From: an uncultured Bacillota bacterium
Lineage (GTDB): Bacteria; Bacillota; Clostridia; Acetivibrionales; DTU013
Assembly: GCA_942493145.1 (NCBI GenBank)
Contig: OW818679.1
Coordinates: 4,062,584 to 4,126,583, forward strand
Length of the DNA stretch: 64,000 nucleotides
Direction: 5' to 3'
Shown: piece after piece, positions 9,488 through 20,034 of the stretch
Layout of the letters: each line of letters begins with the position of its first letter
Numbering within the stretch: the stretch's first letter is position 1
The notes under the pieces: generated by a model
What the model was told of the DNA's origin: nothing
The model's input: the letters and a program-made list of their open reading frames with translations, nothing else
Database searches by the model: none
Translations under genes and position numbers: made by a program

Positions 9488-11098
9488 TCAAACCCCCCTG
9501 GTTTCCTTTTCAAGCACCACTCCGTTATCATTACCGTTACCATTGTTGTTGCCATTCGTTCCATTCGCAGCATTCTTTTCCATATCGCTGAAGACCCTGT
9601 TGATTGCATTAAGATATGCCTTCACACTAGCCTCAATAATATCTGTACTTACGCCTCTCCCGACATATATCCGGCCATCCTTGGCAACACGTACCGTAGC
9701 TTCACCCTGGGCATCCGCACCTTCAGTGACACCCTTAAGGCTGTAATCCTGGAGATCAAGGCTGAACCCAACTGTCCGTTCGATGGCATTAAACGCTGCG
9801 TTTACAGGTCCGTCACCGGTTGCAGCTTCGGTAATAGGCTCTCCATCCTTTTTCAAGCTGACTGTTGCTGTAGCTATGACCTTGTTACCGCTGTTGATCT
9901 GGAAGGTATCCAGAACATATACTTCCTTGACCTCTGAAACCATCTCTTCAACCAGCACCTCAATGTCCCTGTCCAGAACGGTCTTTTTCTTGTCCGCCAG
10001 GTTCTTGAACTGTTCAAAGGCCTTTGCGATATCAGATGGCAAGAGGTTATAACCCATTTCCTTCAGTCTTTCTTCAAAAGCATGTTTTCCTGAAAGCTTT
10101 CCGAGCACCATCCGGTTATGGGTGAGACCGATGGATTCCGGCGTCATGATCTCGTACGTTGTCTTTTCTTCAAGAACTCCGTGCTGGTGTATTCCTGATT
10201 CGTGTGCAAAAGCATTGGCGCCTACTATCGCCTTGTTGGGCTGTACTACTATGCCCGAAAGTCCGCTTACCATTTTACTTGCTCTGTATATCTGCCTTGT
10301 ATCTATATTATGAACATAACCCTTATAAAAATCCTTCCTGGTTTCAAGCCCCATTACCAGCTCTTCAAGGGAGGCATTACCAGCCCTCTCTCCCAGGCCG
10401 TTAATAGTGCATTCCAGCTGTGTCGCCCCGTTGACCAGCGCTTCAAGTGTGTTTGCAACCGCCAGTCCAAGGTCATTGTGGCAATGGACGCTGATATCCG
10501 CCTTGTGGATATTGGGAACGTTTTCGCTGATCCCTTTTATGAAAAGGCCATACTCCTGCGGTGTGGCGTAGCCAACCGTGTCTGGTATGTTCAGGACTGT
10601 AGCGCCGGCATTTATGACACCTTCCAGCACCCTGTACAGGAATTCAGGCCGGGATCTGCTGGCATCCTCCGCTGAAAACTCCAGGTCACTGCAATATTTC
10701 TTCGCATATTTCACCATAGCTATAGCACGCTGCAGCACTTCCTCTTCAGTCATCTTCAGCTTGTATTTCATGTGTATGTCAGATGTGGCGATAAAGGTGT
10801 GGATACGCGGATTTTCAGCCTTACATACAGCTTCCCAGGCCCTGTCGATGTCCGCTTCAGATGTTCTGCACAAGCTTGCTATTGTTGCACCCTTTACGTT
10901 CTCCGCTACCGTCTTTACTGCAAGAAAGTCGCCAGGCGATGCAATCGCAAATCCTGCCTCTATTACATCAACACCCATCTTGGCCAACTGTCTTGCTATC
11001 TCAAGCTTTTCCTGTATATTCAGATTGACTCCCGGGGTTTGCTCTCCGTCTCTCAATGTCGTATCAAAAAACTTTATACGTTTTGGCAATGCTCTCAC
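9488..11098 (-). CDS. leuA: 2-isopropylmalate synthase
   Basis: [32 protein letters not shown] and a LeuA_dimer C-terminus are present. The start is ambiguous: GTG at 11098 abuts the GGAG, while TTG at 11089 has better spacing. Confidence 0.9.
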   Translation of the reverse strand: MRALPKRIKFFDTTLRDGEQTPGVNLNIQEKLEIARQLAKMGVDVIEAGFAIASPGDFLAVKTVAENVKGATIASLCRTSEADIDRAWEAVCKAENPRIHTFIATSDIHMKYKLKMTEEEVLQRAIAMVKYAKKYCSDLEFSAEDASRSRPEFLYRVLEGVINAGATVLNIPDTVGYATPQEYGLFIKGISENVPNIHKADISVHCHNDLGLAVANTLEALVNGATQLECTINGLGERAGNASLEELVMGLETRKDFYKGYVHNIDTRQIYRASKMVSGLSGIVVQPNKAIVGANAFAHESGIHQHGVLEEKTTYEIMTPESIGLTHNRMVLGKLSGKHAFEERLKEMGYNLLPSDIAKAFEQFKNLADKKKTVLDRDIEVLVEEMVSEVKEVYVLDTFQINSGNKVIATATVSLKKDGEPITEAATGDGPVNAAFNAIERTVGFSLDLQDYSLKGVTEGADAQGEATVRVAKDGRIYVGRGVSTDIIEASVKAYLNAINRVFSDMEKNAANGTNGNNNGNGNDNGVVLEKETRGV

Positions 11099-11133
11099 TC
11101 CTTCTTTCCCTGATTGATCTCTTATTCATAAAT

Positions 11134-11200
11134 CCACAGCCTGTCGCCGTAGCCGGCTGTGGTATAGCAGCGGGTCAGGGGGCATCAGCCCCCGCCCTGC
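11134..11200 (-). other. Two adjacent GC-rich hairpins in the ilvC-leuA intergenic spacer
   Basis: ccacagcc...ggctgtgg (11134-11162) and gcagcgggtcaggggg...cccccgccctgc (11167-11200). No clear T tract follows. They could be a processing or stability element or a weak internal attenuator. Confidence 0.3.
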
Positions 11201-11211
11201 TTTATCTATTG

Positions 11212-12207
11212 TTACTTCTTAAGCCAGCTCATCATCTTTCTGAGTTCTGCGCCGACCTTTTCAAGCTGGTGTTCCGATTCGAGCCTCCTGGTTGAGAGGA
11301 ATTCCGCCCTGCCACCTGCCTTGTTCTCCGCTACCCATTGGGATGCGAATGCACCACTCTGGATTTCGTAAAGAACCTTCTTCATTTCCTTCCTGGTCTC
11401 CTCTGTGATTATCCTCTTGCCGATTTTGTAATCGCCATATTCGGCAGTATCACTGATGGAATACCTCATCATGGCAAATCCGCCGCTGTTGATAAGGTCG
11501 ACTATGAGCTTCATTTCGTGGATACATTCAAAGTAGGCTATTTCAGGCTGGTACCCTGCATTTACAAGTGTTTCAAAGCCTGCCTTCATCAATTCCGTAA
11601 CACCGCCGCAAAGTACTGCCTGTTCTCCGAACAAATCGGTCTCAGTTTCTTCCCTGAAGGTCGTTTCAAGAATACCTGCCCTGCCGGCACCTATACCTGC
11701 AGCATATGCAAGTGCGTAATCCTTTGCCTTGCCTGACGCATCCTGATAGACTGCGATAAGAGAAGGGACTCCCTTACCCTCGTTGTACTGGTATCTGACG
11801 GTATGTCCCGGTCCTTTTGGTGCGACCATGATGACATCAACATTCTTCGGTGGAAGTATAAGGTTGAAGTTGATGTTGAAGCCGTGTGCAAACATAAGTA
11901 CATTGCCCTCTTTCAGATTGGGCATTATGCTTTCCTTATACATGTCCATTTGTGTCTGATCGGGTGTAAGGATCATTATAAGGTCGGCAACCTTCGCCGC
12001 TTCAGCCGTATCAAGGACTTTAAGCCCATCCTTTTCAACCTGGCTCCTCTTTTCCGATGTCGGTGCAAGTCCTACAACAACATTGATACCACTATCCTTT
12101 AAATTCTGTGCATGGGCATGGCCCTGGCTTCCATATCCTATTACCGCTATAGTCTTGCCCTTAAGCAAGCCCAGGTTGCAATCCGCATCATAATACATCT
12201 TTGCCAT
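11212..12207 (-). CDS. ilvC: Ketol-acid reductoisomerase
   Basis: [40 protein letters not shown] is a canonical class I KARI N-terminus. Confidence 0.95.
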   Translation of the reverse strand: MAKMYYDADCNLGLLKGKTIAVIGYGSQGHAHAQNLKDSGINVVVGLAPTSEKRSQVEKDGLKVLDTAEAAKVADLIMILTPDQTQMDMYKESIMPNLKEGNVLMFAHGFNINFNLILPPKNVDVIMVAPKGPGHTVRYQYNEGKGVPSLIAVYQDASGKAKDYALAYAAGIGAGRAGILETTFREETETDLFGEQAVLCGGVTELMKAGFETLVNAGYQPEIAYFECIHEMKLIVDLINSGGFAMMRYSISDTAEYGDYKIGKRIITEETRKEMKKVLYEIQSGAFASQWVAENKAGGRAEFLSTRRLESEHQLEKVGAELRKMMSWLKK

Positions 12208-12214
12208 ATTTCAT

Positions 12215-12727
12215 TCACTCCTCATCATTATTGTTGTATCTTATTATTTTGTTGCCTCTTTCGATGGCAATTGTGCCCGTTCTGACGATTTCTTTAATTC
12301 CGTACTGCTGCAGCATGTCTTCAAGTGCCGCCACCTTGTCGGATGAGCCTGATATCTCAATTGTGACCGTAGTCTTTGAAACATCGATTATCTTGGCTCT
12401 GAATATCTCCACTATCTGTATTATTTCCGAACGCGAGGTGGTATCTGCAGAAACTTTTATCAGTGCAAGTTCCCTGCTCACCGAATCGGATTTGTCCAAT
12501 TGCTTGATCTTGATGACGTCAATCAGCTTGTTCAGCTGTTTACCCACCTGCTCGATTGTATAGTCGTCTCCGTCAACTACGATTGTTATTCTTGAAATAT
12601 CAGGATTCTCCGTCACCCCGACCGCGAGGCTTTCTATGTTGAAGCCCCTTCTGCTGAAAAGGCCGGAAACCCTGGACAGTACGCCGGCGTGGTTTTCTAC
12701 CAGAACCGACAATGTATGCTTGGCCAT
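12215..12727 (-). CDS. ilvN: Acetolactate synthase small (regulatory) subunit
   Basis: The ACT domain reads MAKHTLSVLVENHAGVLSRVSGLFSRRGFNIESL. Start moved to the internal ATG at 12727, which has AGGGGAG 7 nt upstream. The tracked start at 12799 would overlap ilvB. Confidence 0.9.
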   Translation of the reverse strand: MAKHTLSVLVENHAGVLSRVSGLFSRRGFNIESLAVGVTENPDISRITIVVDGDDYTIEQVGKQLNKLIDVIKIKQLDKSDSVSRELALIKVSADTTSRSEIIQIVEIFRAKIIDVSKTTVTIEISGSSDKVAALEDMLQQYGIKEIVRTGTIAIERGNKIIRYNNNDEE

Positions 12728-12782
12728 GTCGATCTCCCCTTTCTTTATATGTGTAATTTTACCACAAAATCTATATTGTTTG

Positions 12783-14411
12783 TCACAAAGTTGACTCATC
12801 CGGATCTACGATACACTCCAGCAGGAAGGTCCCGTCATCAGCCAGCATCTCTTCCAGGGCTCCCCTGACTTCCGGATTTCCAAATATCTTCCGTCCCCTG
12901 AATCCATATGCTTCAACGATTTTTATAAAGTCGGGGTTCTTCTCCAGAAACACCTGTGAGTATCTTCCGCCGTGCCTTGCCTTCTGAAGCTCCCGCACCA
13001 TCCCAAGCCTTGAATTGTTGAATACGATAATTTTCACTCCAAGGTCGAATTGTTTAATTGTACCGAGTTCCTGCATGGACATCTGAAAGCTGCCATCTCC
13101 ACTTATTACAATTACCGTTTTCTCAGGCTGGCCAATTTTCACTCCGACTGCCGAGGGCAATCCATAACCCATGGTACCAAGACCACCGGACGTTATGAAG
13201 CTGCCCGGTTCACGAATCCTGAGATTATTGGCCGCCCATATCTGGTTCTGTCCGACCTCCGTGGTCACTATCGCATTGTCTCCTGAATATTCATGCAACA
13301 CCGAAAGGAGGTATTTGGGGCTCACATATGAATCGTCCTTTTCATCCCACTTCTTTTTGGCATGCTGGTTTGCCTGGTTGTCAAGTACATCCTTCCAGCC
13401 TTCACAGGAAGTACTCTTAACATATTTTATCAGTTCCTTCAGGATAAGCTTTACATCTCCCACAAGGGGTATTGTTGTATCAATGTTTTTCCCGATTTCG
13501 GCAGGGTCAATGTCAATGTGCACTATTTTAGCTCTCTGAGCTATCTGGCTGGCTGTGCCCATAGCCCTGTCGCCTACACGCGCCCCCATGATGACAAGCA
13601 GGTCGGCATTGTGGACCGCGTAATTGGCAGCAAAGCTGCCATGAGTACCTACCATGCCATAACACAGACCGTGGTCGGTAGGTATGGAGCTGATTCCCAT
13701 AAGTGTAGTAGTTACAGGAATTCCCCACTTTTCTGCGCATTCGGTAAGGATCCCTGAAGCCTTCGCACTGATTACACCACCGCCGGCGCATATAACAGGT
13801 TTTTTAGCTGTTGACAAAGCCTCGGCAACTTTCTTTATCTGAAGAATGTGTCCCTTTTCTTTGGGTTTATACCCCCTTATATCCACTTTGGCAGGATATT
13901 TAAAATCCAGTGTCTTGTTTTGAATGTCAACCGGTATATCTATAAGGACCGGTCCAGGCCTTCCAGTTGAAGCTATATGGAATGCCTCCCGGAATACCCT
14001 CGGAAGATCCTCTGCTTTTTTCACAAGATAATTGTGCTTGCAGAAAGGCGCGGTAGCACCGGTAATGTCGGCTTCCTGAAAGACATCCCTGCCGATCAGC
14101 TCAGTGGATACCTGGCCTGTAATGGCCACCAAAGGGATGGAGTCCATATACGCGGTTGCAATGCCTGTAATGAGGTTTGTAGCACCCGGGCCGGAGGTGG
14201 CGACGCATACGCCGGTCTTCCCTGTTGCCCTGGAATATCCACTGGCGCCGTGTGCTGCACCCTGTTCATGCCTTGTAAGAATATGGCTGATTTCTGATTC
14301 CAATAATGCATCATAAAATGGAGAAATGGCTGCCCCAGGATAACCAAATACAGTATCTACCTTCTCCAACTCAAGTGCTTTTATAATTGCCTGCGCTCCG
14401 GTGATATTCAT
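12783..14411 (-). CDS. ilvB: Acetolactate synthase large subunit
   Basis: ThDP-enzyme motifs are present (GYPGAAI, GPGATNL, GGLGTMGYGLPSAVG...SGDGSF). A strong RBS, AAAGGAGGG, lies upstream. Confidence 0.95.
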   Translation of the reverse strand: MNITGAQAIIKALELEKVDTVFGYPGAAISPFYDALLESEISHILTRHEQGAAHGASGYSRATGKTGVCVATSGPGATNLITGIATAYMDSIPLVAITGQVSTELIGRDVFQEADITGATAPFCKHNYLVKKAEDLPRVFREAFHIASTGRPGPVLIDIPVDIQNKTLDFKYPAKVDIRGYKPKEKGHILQIKKVAEALSTAKKPVICAGGGVISAKASGILTECAEKWGIPVTTTLMGISSIPTDHGLCYGMVGTHGSFAANYAVHNADLLVIMGARVGDRAMGTASQIAQRAKIVHIDIDPAEIGKNIDTTIPLVGDVKLILKELIKYVKSTSCEGWKDVLDNQANQHAKKKWDEKDDSYVSPKYLLSVLHEYSGDNAIVTTEVGQNQIWAANNLRIREPGSFITSGGLGTMGYGLPSAVGVKIGQPEKTVIVISGDGSFQMSMQELGTIKQFDLGVKIIVFNNSRLGMVRELQKARHGGRYSQVFLEKNPDFIKIVEAYGFRGRKIFGNPEVRGALEEMLADDGTFLLECIVDPDESTL

Positions 14412-14471
14412 AGCAGCTCCCTCCTTTCTAACGTATACCTCTCCTAAATAAAACCTTTATAAATAAAATCT

Positions 14472-14736
14472 AAAAATAAAAAACCTCCGCCATGCAGAAA
14501 GAATCGTTCTGCAGGGGCGAAGGTATGATCCGACGCGGTACCACCCTACTTTGATATGCAATAACAGCATATCCTCAGTAAGTACTATTGTACTAAAACT
14601 GTAACGTAGTCATCGTCATTGAGCGCTATTGCGTCAATGCAGCTCCGGAATGAGCTATACATGCGTTTTCCGTTCAGGCTTTCACCACCCGCCTGCTCTC
14701 TTTATACAATCGAACGCATCTTATTTCCTTCATGGC
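14472..14736 (-). promoter_or_regulatory. T-box leader (tRNA-Leu, specifier CUC) with terminator/antiterminator, controlling ilvB-ilvN-ilvC-leuA-cimA
   Basis: All elements are on the minus strand:
- T-box sequence AAGTAGGGTGGTACCGCG (14534-14551).
- Stem I with a GA/K-turn base (GCCATGAAGGAA / TTCCGGAGC), an AGAGAG bulge and a GGTGGTGAAAG distal loop.
- CTC followed by A directly 5' of the closing helix (specifier at 14652-14654).
- Terminator cgcccctgcagaa...ttctgcatggcg plus a T run (14472-14520). Confidence 0.85.
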
Positions 14737-14777
14737 TTTTTCATATTAACATATACTATTTTCAAATATTGTCTAAT

Positions 14778-14806
14778 ATTCTACCAGCGCGCCATGAAGC
14801 TGTCAA
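14778..14806 (-). promoter_or_regulatory. Sigma-A type promoter for the T-box/ilv operon
   Basis: The minus strand reads TTGACA, a 17-nt spacer, then TAGAAT (-35 at 14801-14806, -10 at 14778-14783). Confidence 0.6.
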
Positions 14807-14875
14807 GGTAATTTTTCACGCTTTCCTGCTTACTATGAATGGTGTTTTTACGATATCCTATCCTGATTGGCATTC

Positions 14876-16084
14876 TCATCTTGTAACACTGCCGTTATTA
14901 ACTTTTTCAGCAAGTTCTACCGGAACAGTGATCCATGTATCTTCCCCATGCATCATATGGGTTATGTCTACAATATCACCCGGGGTTTTTGAAAGGATTA
15001 TCGTCCTCATCTGCAGCATGGTATTCACTTCAGTTCCATCTATTGACTTTATGATGCATTCCTTTCTGATGCCCGCCTTGTATGCAGGACTTGTTTCATC
15101 AATATATGCAACATATACCCCATCGGAGTTTTCCTTCGTCTCACTAAATCCGTTGATGTATTTAAGAAGGGACCTGTCAAAAGCGAATACCCCAAGATAG
15201 GCCTCTTTAAAAGTTCCTCCGTCTGCAAGCTTATCAATTATTGGTTTTGCTGCGTTAATCGGGATGGCGAACCCCATCGCTTCAGCGCTTGATACTTTAA
15301 TCGTATTAATACCGACAACCTCCCCTTTAGAATTCAGGAGGGGCCCGCCACTGTTGCCAGGATTGATGCTGGCGTCTGTCTGTATGAGGCCTTCCATATA
15401 GTTTGCACCCTGGTCTGTATCTACCCTGATCGTTCTGTTCACTGCACTTATAATCCCCGATGTTACTGTGCTTTGGAATTCAAGGCCCAGCGGATTTCCG
15501 ATAGCAATGGCCGGTTCACCGACACTAAGGGTTGTGGCGTCTCCCAATGTCAACACCGGCAGACCTGTGAGCTCAACCTTAACCACTGCGAGGTCCAGTA
15601 CCGGATCGGTCCATACCGTTATACCATCCACATTTCTACCGTCACTGAGGGTTACTACCAGCTTACTGCCCTTATCTCCAGCCACGTGATTGTTCGTAAG
15701 GATATATCCGTTCTGATCTACGATAAAGCCCGATCCTACGCCGACCTGTGTTCCGGAATTACTGTCGAAAAGGCTGCCCGTGTCAGGTATCTCCAGTGTT
15801 ATACCCACTACGGACTCTGTAGCGGTCCTGGCCACCGATTGGGCAACAGTTTCCACATTCACATTACCTGTGACTATATTAACTTTTTCTGTCGTCTGTC
15901 CTGCCTGATTTGTGCCGGCGGACATCAAAGTTGATATCTGCATATTTTCCGGGGAATCCATTCTTGGAGCATTTCGTGTAATATACCCCGAAGTAAATGA
16001 GAAAACCAACAAAGCAAGTCCCAAAGACCCGACAACCGCATAAATCAACGTTTTCAATCTATTGTTCCACAGTCTGTTTTGCAA
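14876..16084 (-). CDS. htrA: HtrA/DegP-family serine protease with a C-terminal PDZ domain
   Basis: An N-terminal TM anchor is followed by GSGFIVDQNGYILTNNHV, the catalytic GNSGGPLLN, and a PDZ-like tail. TTG start. Confidence 0.85.
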   Translation of the reverse strand: MQNRLWNNRLKTLIYAVVGSLGLALLVFSFTSGYITRNAPRMDSPENMQISTLMSAGTNQAGQTTEKVNIVTGNVNVETVAQSVARTATESVVGITLEIPDTGSLFDSNSGTQVGVGSGFIVDQNGYILTNNHVAGDKGSKLVVTLSDGRNVDGITVWTDPVLDLAVVKVELTGLPVLTLGDATTLSVGEPAIAIGNPLGLEFQSTVTSGIISAVNRTIRVDTDQGANYMEGLIQTDASINPGNSGGPLLNSKGEVVGINTIKVSSAEAMGFAIPINAAKPIIDKLADGGTFKEAYLGVFAFDRSLLKYINGFSETKENSDGVYVAYIDETSPAYKAGIRKECIIKSIDGTEVNTMLQMRTIILSKTPGDIVDITHMMHGEDTWITVPVELAEKVNNGSVTR

Positions 16085-16249
16085 AATTTCATCATTCCTT
16101 TAATTTTTCTTTTATTATTCCTTTATCAGGCTTCCGGTATCCGGAATCCTTACAGGCTTTAATATTACTGCGACTCAAATATACTTCCGGCAAGTGCTAT
16201 GAATATGTTATTATTGTTATGATATTAAATACGATTGGAGTGTCAATTC

Positions 16250-16885
16250 ATGAAATTCATTGATATCGAAGGCTGGGAAAGAAAAGATCATTACAGGTAT
16301 TTTAAAGACTTTGATTATCCCCATTTCAACATATGCGGAAACATAGACATCACGATATTCCTGTCATATATAAAGGAAAAAGAGTTGCCCTTCTTCATAT
16401 CCATGCTTTATCTCTCATCAAAAACAGCCAATGAAATAAGGGAACTGAGGCTCAGAATCAAAGGGGACAAGCTGGCAGAATACGACAGTGTAAGCCCCTC
16501 GTGTACGGTAATGACCGATTCGGGCGCTTTTAGTTATTGTACTGTTGAATATATGGAGGATTTCGTTGATTTTCGTTCAAATGCACAGGTCAGGATCGAA
16601 AAGGCTAAACAAACAGCAAATATAGATGATGTACCAGAAAGGGATGATCTGCTATATGTAACGAGCATCCCGTGGATTTCCTTCACAAGCATTTCCCACG
16701 CCATGCATACGCATCCGGTAGACAGCATTCCAAGGATAGGCTGGGGCAAATACTTTGAAAGCAACGGCAAGATGCTGCTCCCCCTCTCAGTATCAGCACA
16801 TCACGCTCTTGTCGACGGTCTTCACATCGGCAAATATTACAATACGCTACAGAAATTGTTGGATAGTCCCGAGACATTATTTTAA
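16250..16885 (+). CDS. cat: Type A chloramphenicol O-acetyltransferase family protein
   Basis: MKFIDIEGWERKDHYRYFKDFDYPHF matches the family N-terminus, and the catalytic HHALVDG motif is present. Start set at ATG 16250 (GGAG 9 nt upstream) rather than the tracked 16235. Confidence 0.8.
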   Translation: MKFIDIEGWERKDHYRYFKDFDYPHFNICGNIDITIFLSYIKEKELPFFISMLYLSSKTANEIRELRLRIKGDKLAEYDSVSPSCTVMTDSGAFSYCTVEYMEDFVDFRSNAQVRIEKAKQTANIDDVPERDDLLYVTSIPWISFTSISHAMHTHPVDSIPRIGWGKYFESNGKMLLPLSVSAHHALVDGLHIGKYYNTLQKLLDSPETLF

Positions 16886-16915
16886 AATCTTTCAATTGTA
16901 ATTTTTCTGTTTATT

Positions 16916-17122
16916 TTAAGATAAGTTCACAGGAAGATTGGATTTGATGATTTTCTTGACGCTTTTCTCAAATTTGGGACGCGGCAGCATGACCTGGTGC
17001 TGACAGCCAAGGCATTTCACCCTGAAATCAGCTCCGGTTCTGGTAACTTCCCACTGCTTGCTGCCACAGGGGTGTTCCTTTTTGAATTCCACTATATCTC
17101 CTTCACAGAATCTGTCTGCCAA
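16916..17122 (-). CDS. DUF951-family small protein
   Basis: GDIVEFKKEHPCGSKQWEVTRTGADFRVKCLGCQHQVMLPRPKFEKSVKKI matches the DUF951 pattern. TTG start 7 nt after GGAGG. Confidence 0.7.
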   Translation of the reverse strand: MADRFCEGDIVEFKKEHPCGSKQWEVTRTGADFRVKCLGCQHQVMLPRPKFEKSVKKIIKSNLPVNLS

Positions 17123-17173
17123 TGCTACACCTCCTTTTATCCGGTTTATTCTCCAGATATCTTCACATTCCGT

Positions 17174-17896
17174 TCAGCCAGTTGCCCCTGCAGCGCTGAC
17201 AAAGCCTTCGAACAGTCTGAGGAATTCCTTGTCAGCCTGCCACATTGTTTCAGGATGCCACTGCACTCCTACGGCAAAGGTACTTCCCCTGTATTCTATT
17301 GCCTCGATCACACCATCCGGGGACGCAGCTGTGATTTCAAGCCCTTTCCCAAGGCCCTTCACCGCCTGGTGATGATAGGAATTAACTCTTACTTTGTCTC
17401 TTTTAAAGCAATCCCAGATATATGTATCCCTGCATATGGCAACCTCATGCACAGGATACCAGTCGGGTGCCTCCTGCCAGTGCTTCAGCATCTCAATGTC
17501 CTTGTTCTGCGAGTATATGTCCTGGTATAAAGTGCCTCCAAGTGCTACATTCAGCACTTGTATCCCTCTGCAGATTCCAAAGATCGGCTTTCCCAGCTCT
17601 AAAGCTTTTCTTGCAACGGCCAGCTCCATCCTGTCCCGGTGCGGGGAAATTTCACCGTTTGCCTTGAGATTTGCCTCACCGTAGTGGAAAGCGTCAATAT
17701 CGGCTCCACCCGGCAGCAGCACACCCTGGCAGGTTTCCAGGAGTCTGCCGATTATTTCCTCATCTTCGGATAACGGCATCAATACGGCAAGCCCCCCTGC
17801 CATATTGATGCCATCGATATATCCTTTGCCTATATAAAGTCTATCCTTATCTGAGCTGTATCCGGGTGTTATCCCGATAACCGGCCTTACTCCCAT
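17174..17896 (-). CDS. Class I glutamine amidotransferase / gamma-glutamyl-GABA hydrolase-like (peptidase C26)
   Basis: GICRGIQVLNVALGGTLYQDI holds the nucleophile Cys, and HHQAV plus WHPE lie in the C-terminal part. Confidence 0.8.
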   Translation of the reverse strand: MGVRPVIGITPGYSSDKDRLYIGKGYIDGINMAGGLAVLMPLSEDEEIIGRLLETCQGVLLPGGADIDAFHYGEANLKANGEISPHRDRMELAVARKALELGKPIFGICRGIQVLNVALGGTLYQDIYSQNKDIEMLKHWQEAPDWYPVHEVAICRDTYIWDCFKRDKVRVNSYHHQAVKGLGKGLEITAASPDGVIEAIEYRGSTFAVGVQWHPETMWQADKEFLRLFEGFVSAAGATG

Positions 17897-17933
17897 AACC
17901 GCCCTCCGGCTTTAACCTTGCATTTATATTATA

Positions 17934-19268
17934 TTAATACTTTGTCAGATATGAGTCAATTTCCCACTGGCTGATTCTTTTTCTGTATTCATCAGCTTCA
18001 TTCAATTTGGCCTCAAGGTATTTACTGAAAACATGATCCCCCAGCACCTCTTTGGCAAACGCACTGCCGGCCATTTCCTCAAGGGCTTCATCCAGACTTC
18101 CCGGGAGTGATCCGATACCTTCAGCTTTCCTTTCCTCATCGGTAAGTTCAAACAGGTTCTTGTCAGCGGATGGCGGCGGCTGAATCTTGTTCTCGATACC
18201 GTCCAGGCCTGCTGCAAGGATTACTGCGAGCGCCAGATACGGGTTACACGATGGATCCGGGCATCTGAGCTCTACTCTGGTCGATGAGCCACGCGCGGCG
18301 GGAATCCTTATGAGCGGGCTTCTGTTCCTTGCCGACCATGCTATATAAATTGGAGCTTCATACCCCGGTACAAGCCTCTTGTATGAGTTGACCAGCGGAT
18401 TTGTGATAGCGGCAATCTGTCTCATGTTCTTCATTAATCCGCCTATGAACCAGTATGCCTCCTGACTTAGCTGAAGGGGATCGTTCTCATCAAAGAATAT
18501 GTTTTTACCGTCTCTGAATAGTGAGGCATTCGCATGCATTCCTGATCCGGCAATTCCATAGATCGGCTTGGGCATGAATGTTGCATGCAGCCCGTGGCGT
18601 TGTGCCACCGTCTTGACCACCAGCTTGAAGGTAAGGATGGCATCCGCAGTAGTCAGTGCATCGTTGTATTTAAAGTCAATTTCATGCTGCCCGGGAGCCA
18701 CTTCATGATGTGATGCCTCAATTTCAAAGCCCATATCCTCCAGTGCAAGGCACATATCCCTTCTCGCATTCTCTCCCAGATCAACCGGTCCCAGATCGAA
18801 GTAGCCTCCGTTGTCGTGCGTTATAGTTGTCGCTTTTCCTTCGCTGTCAGTCATGAACAGGAAGAATTCGCATTCCGGTCCTACATTGAAGGTGTCATAA
18901 CCCATCTTCACGGCCTTTTCCAGGATCTTCTTCAAAGTATACCTCGGATCCCCTTCAAATGGTGTTCCGTCCGGATTGTATACATCACATATAAGCCTGG
19001 CGACCTTACCCGTCTGGGGCCTCCAAGGGAACACAACAAATGAGTTGGTATCCGGTCTGAGATACATGTCTGATTCTTCAATACGTACAAATCCTTCTAT
19101 TGATGACCCATCAAACATACATTTGTTATCCAGGGCTTTTTCCAACTGGTCGGCGGTGATTGCTACATTTTTAAGTGTTCCGAATATGTCTGTGAATTGA
19201 AGCCTGATAAATTTTACATCCTGTTCCCTGACTATTCTGACAACATCTTCATTGCTGTATTTCGTCAT
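17934..19268 (-). CDS. glnA: Glutamine synthetase, type I
   Basis: [30 protein letters not shown] matches the family N-terminus, and the conserved GSGMH and NPYLA regions are present. Start moved to ATG 19268 (GAGAGGA upstream). The tracked N-terminal extension covers the leader hairpin. Confidence 0.9.
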   Translation of the reverse strand: MTKYSNEDVVRIVREQDVKFIRLQFTDIFGTLKNVAITADQLEKALDNKCMFDGSSIEGFVRIEESDMYLRPDTNSFVVFPWRPQTGKVARLICDVYNPDGTPFEGDPRYTLKKILEKAVKMGYDTFNVGPECEFFLFMTDSEGKATTITHDNGGYFDLGPVDLGENARRDMCLALEDMGFEIEASHHEVAPGQHEIDFKYNDALTTADAILTFKLVVKTVAQRHGLHATFMPKPIYGIAGSGMHANASLFRDGKNIFFDENDPLQLSQEAYWFIGGLMKNMRQIAAITNPLVNSYKRLVPGYEAPIYIAWSARNRSPLIRIPAARGSSTRVELRCPDPSCNPYLALAVILAAGLDGIENKIQPPPSADKNLFELTDEERKAEGIGSLPGSLDEALEEMAGSAFAKEVLGDHVFSKYLEAKLNEADEYRKRISQWEIDSYLTKY

Positions 19269-19333
19269 GATACGCACATCCTCTCTCTTCCTTATCCTCA
19301 TTGCAAGGCGAATTTTTAATATTGAAAATTTTA

Positions 19334-19378
19334 TAAAAAAAGCGTTCTCAAGGGCATAAAAAGCCGGTCCGAGAACGC
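19334..19378 (-). terminator. Terminator-like hairpin in the glnA leader (possible attenuator)
   Basis: The minus strand reads gcgttctc-(21 nt)-gagaacgc followed by TTTTTTTT. It sits about 65 nt upstream of the glnA start. Confidence 0.45.
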
Positions 19379-19467
19379 CATTGTTCCAAACACATGTCAA
19401 ACATATGATTAAAAAAATTACATATAACCTATAGCAATAAAGATATTATAGCATAATGAGGTGTCTC

Positions 19468-19989
19468 TTAAACAGACTTTTTCCCAAAAATAACTACAAT
19501 TCCGATGAAAATCAGTACAATCGGTGCAATAAACCCAGTTGTGCCCGGTCCGAGCAATTCCTTAAGCGAAATTGTAAAGAAGAATATGACCGACAAGCCG
19601 CCCAGGATACCGACAGGGATGAGCAAGCCCTTTTCCCTTCCCCCGAACAGGTACAGTTCAAACAAACCGAATGCCACTGCAAATATATATGCTGGCCAGG
19701 TCACATCCCATCCACCGAAAAGCATATTGAACTGGAACACGACACCAAGTACCAGCAGTATCCCTCCCGGAACCAGCAATCCGGCGTCTTTCCTTCCTCC
19801 GGACAGAAATCCATAGTGGAAAAGGAGACCAGGAATGATAAGGAACAGTGATGGCCAGAAAGTTCCTATAAGTGATCCAAAACTGAGTGAATCAAAAAAT
19901 GGGCTGAATATATTGAAATTCTTTAGTAGAAACAGGACACCTATGATAATTATTATAATGCCTATGATACCGTTAGTTTTAATCTTCAC
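19468..19989 (-). CDS. Small polytopic membrane protein (resembles LiaI/LiaF-type TM-only proteins)
   Basis: The protein is almost entirely hydrophobic helices rich in G/I/L/F. The likely start is GTG 19989, 6 nt after GGAGGG. The family assignment is tentative. Confidence 0.5.
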   Translation of the reverse strand: MKIKTNGIIGIIIIIIGVLFLLKNFNIFSPFFDSLSFGSLIGTFWPSLFLIIPGLLFHYGFLSGGRKDAGLLVPGGILLVLGVVFQFNMLFGGWDVTWPAYIFAVAFGLFELYLFGGREKGLLIPVGILGGLSVIFFFTISLKELLGPGTTGFIAPIVLIFIGIVVIFGKKSV

Positions 19990-20034
19990 GCTAAACCCTC
20001 CCAAATATGATTTTTATTGTCATCTGGCTAGTGT

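Noticed and set aside
12728-12799. N-terminal extensions in the ORF track for ilvN (12799), glnA (19400), rpmE (24729), the recombinase (37186), the giant proteins (52366, 57460) and others
   Set aside because: The extensions overlap upstream genes, leaders or terminators, and they lack an RBS. In each case an internal start with a good RBS reproduces the canonical family N-terminus or a signal peptide.
14655-14690. Alternative T-box specifier reading GAA-CGG-A (Arg) in the segment gcctGAACGGAaaacgcat
   Set aside because: That triplet lies in an internal loop above the specifier region. The K-turn-flanked lower helix (GCCATGAAGGAA / TTCCGGAGC) places CUC-A in the canonical position. Leu fits both the operon content and the UGGU/A73 pairing.
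16250-16885. The cat gene as part of an acquired resistance island
   Set aside because: No transposase, integrase, repeats or other resistance genes flank it. It sits between housekeeping genes, so it is probably an intrinsic chromosomal CAT-family gene. Its activity on chloramphenicol is untested.
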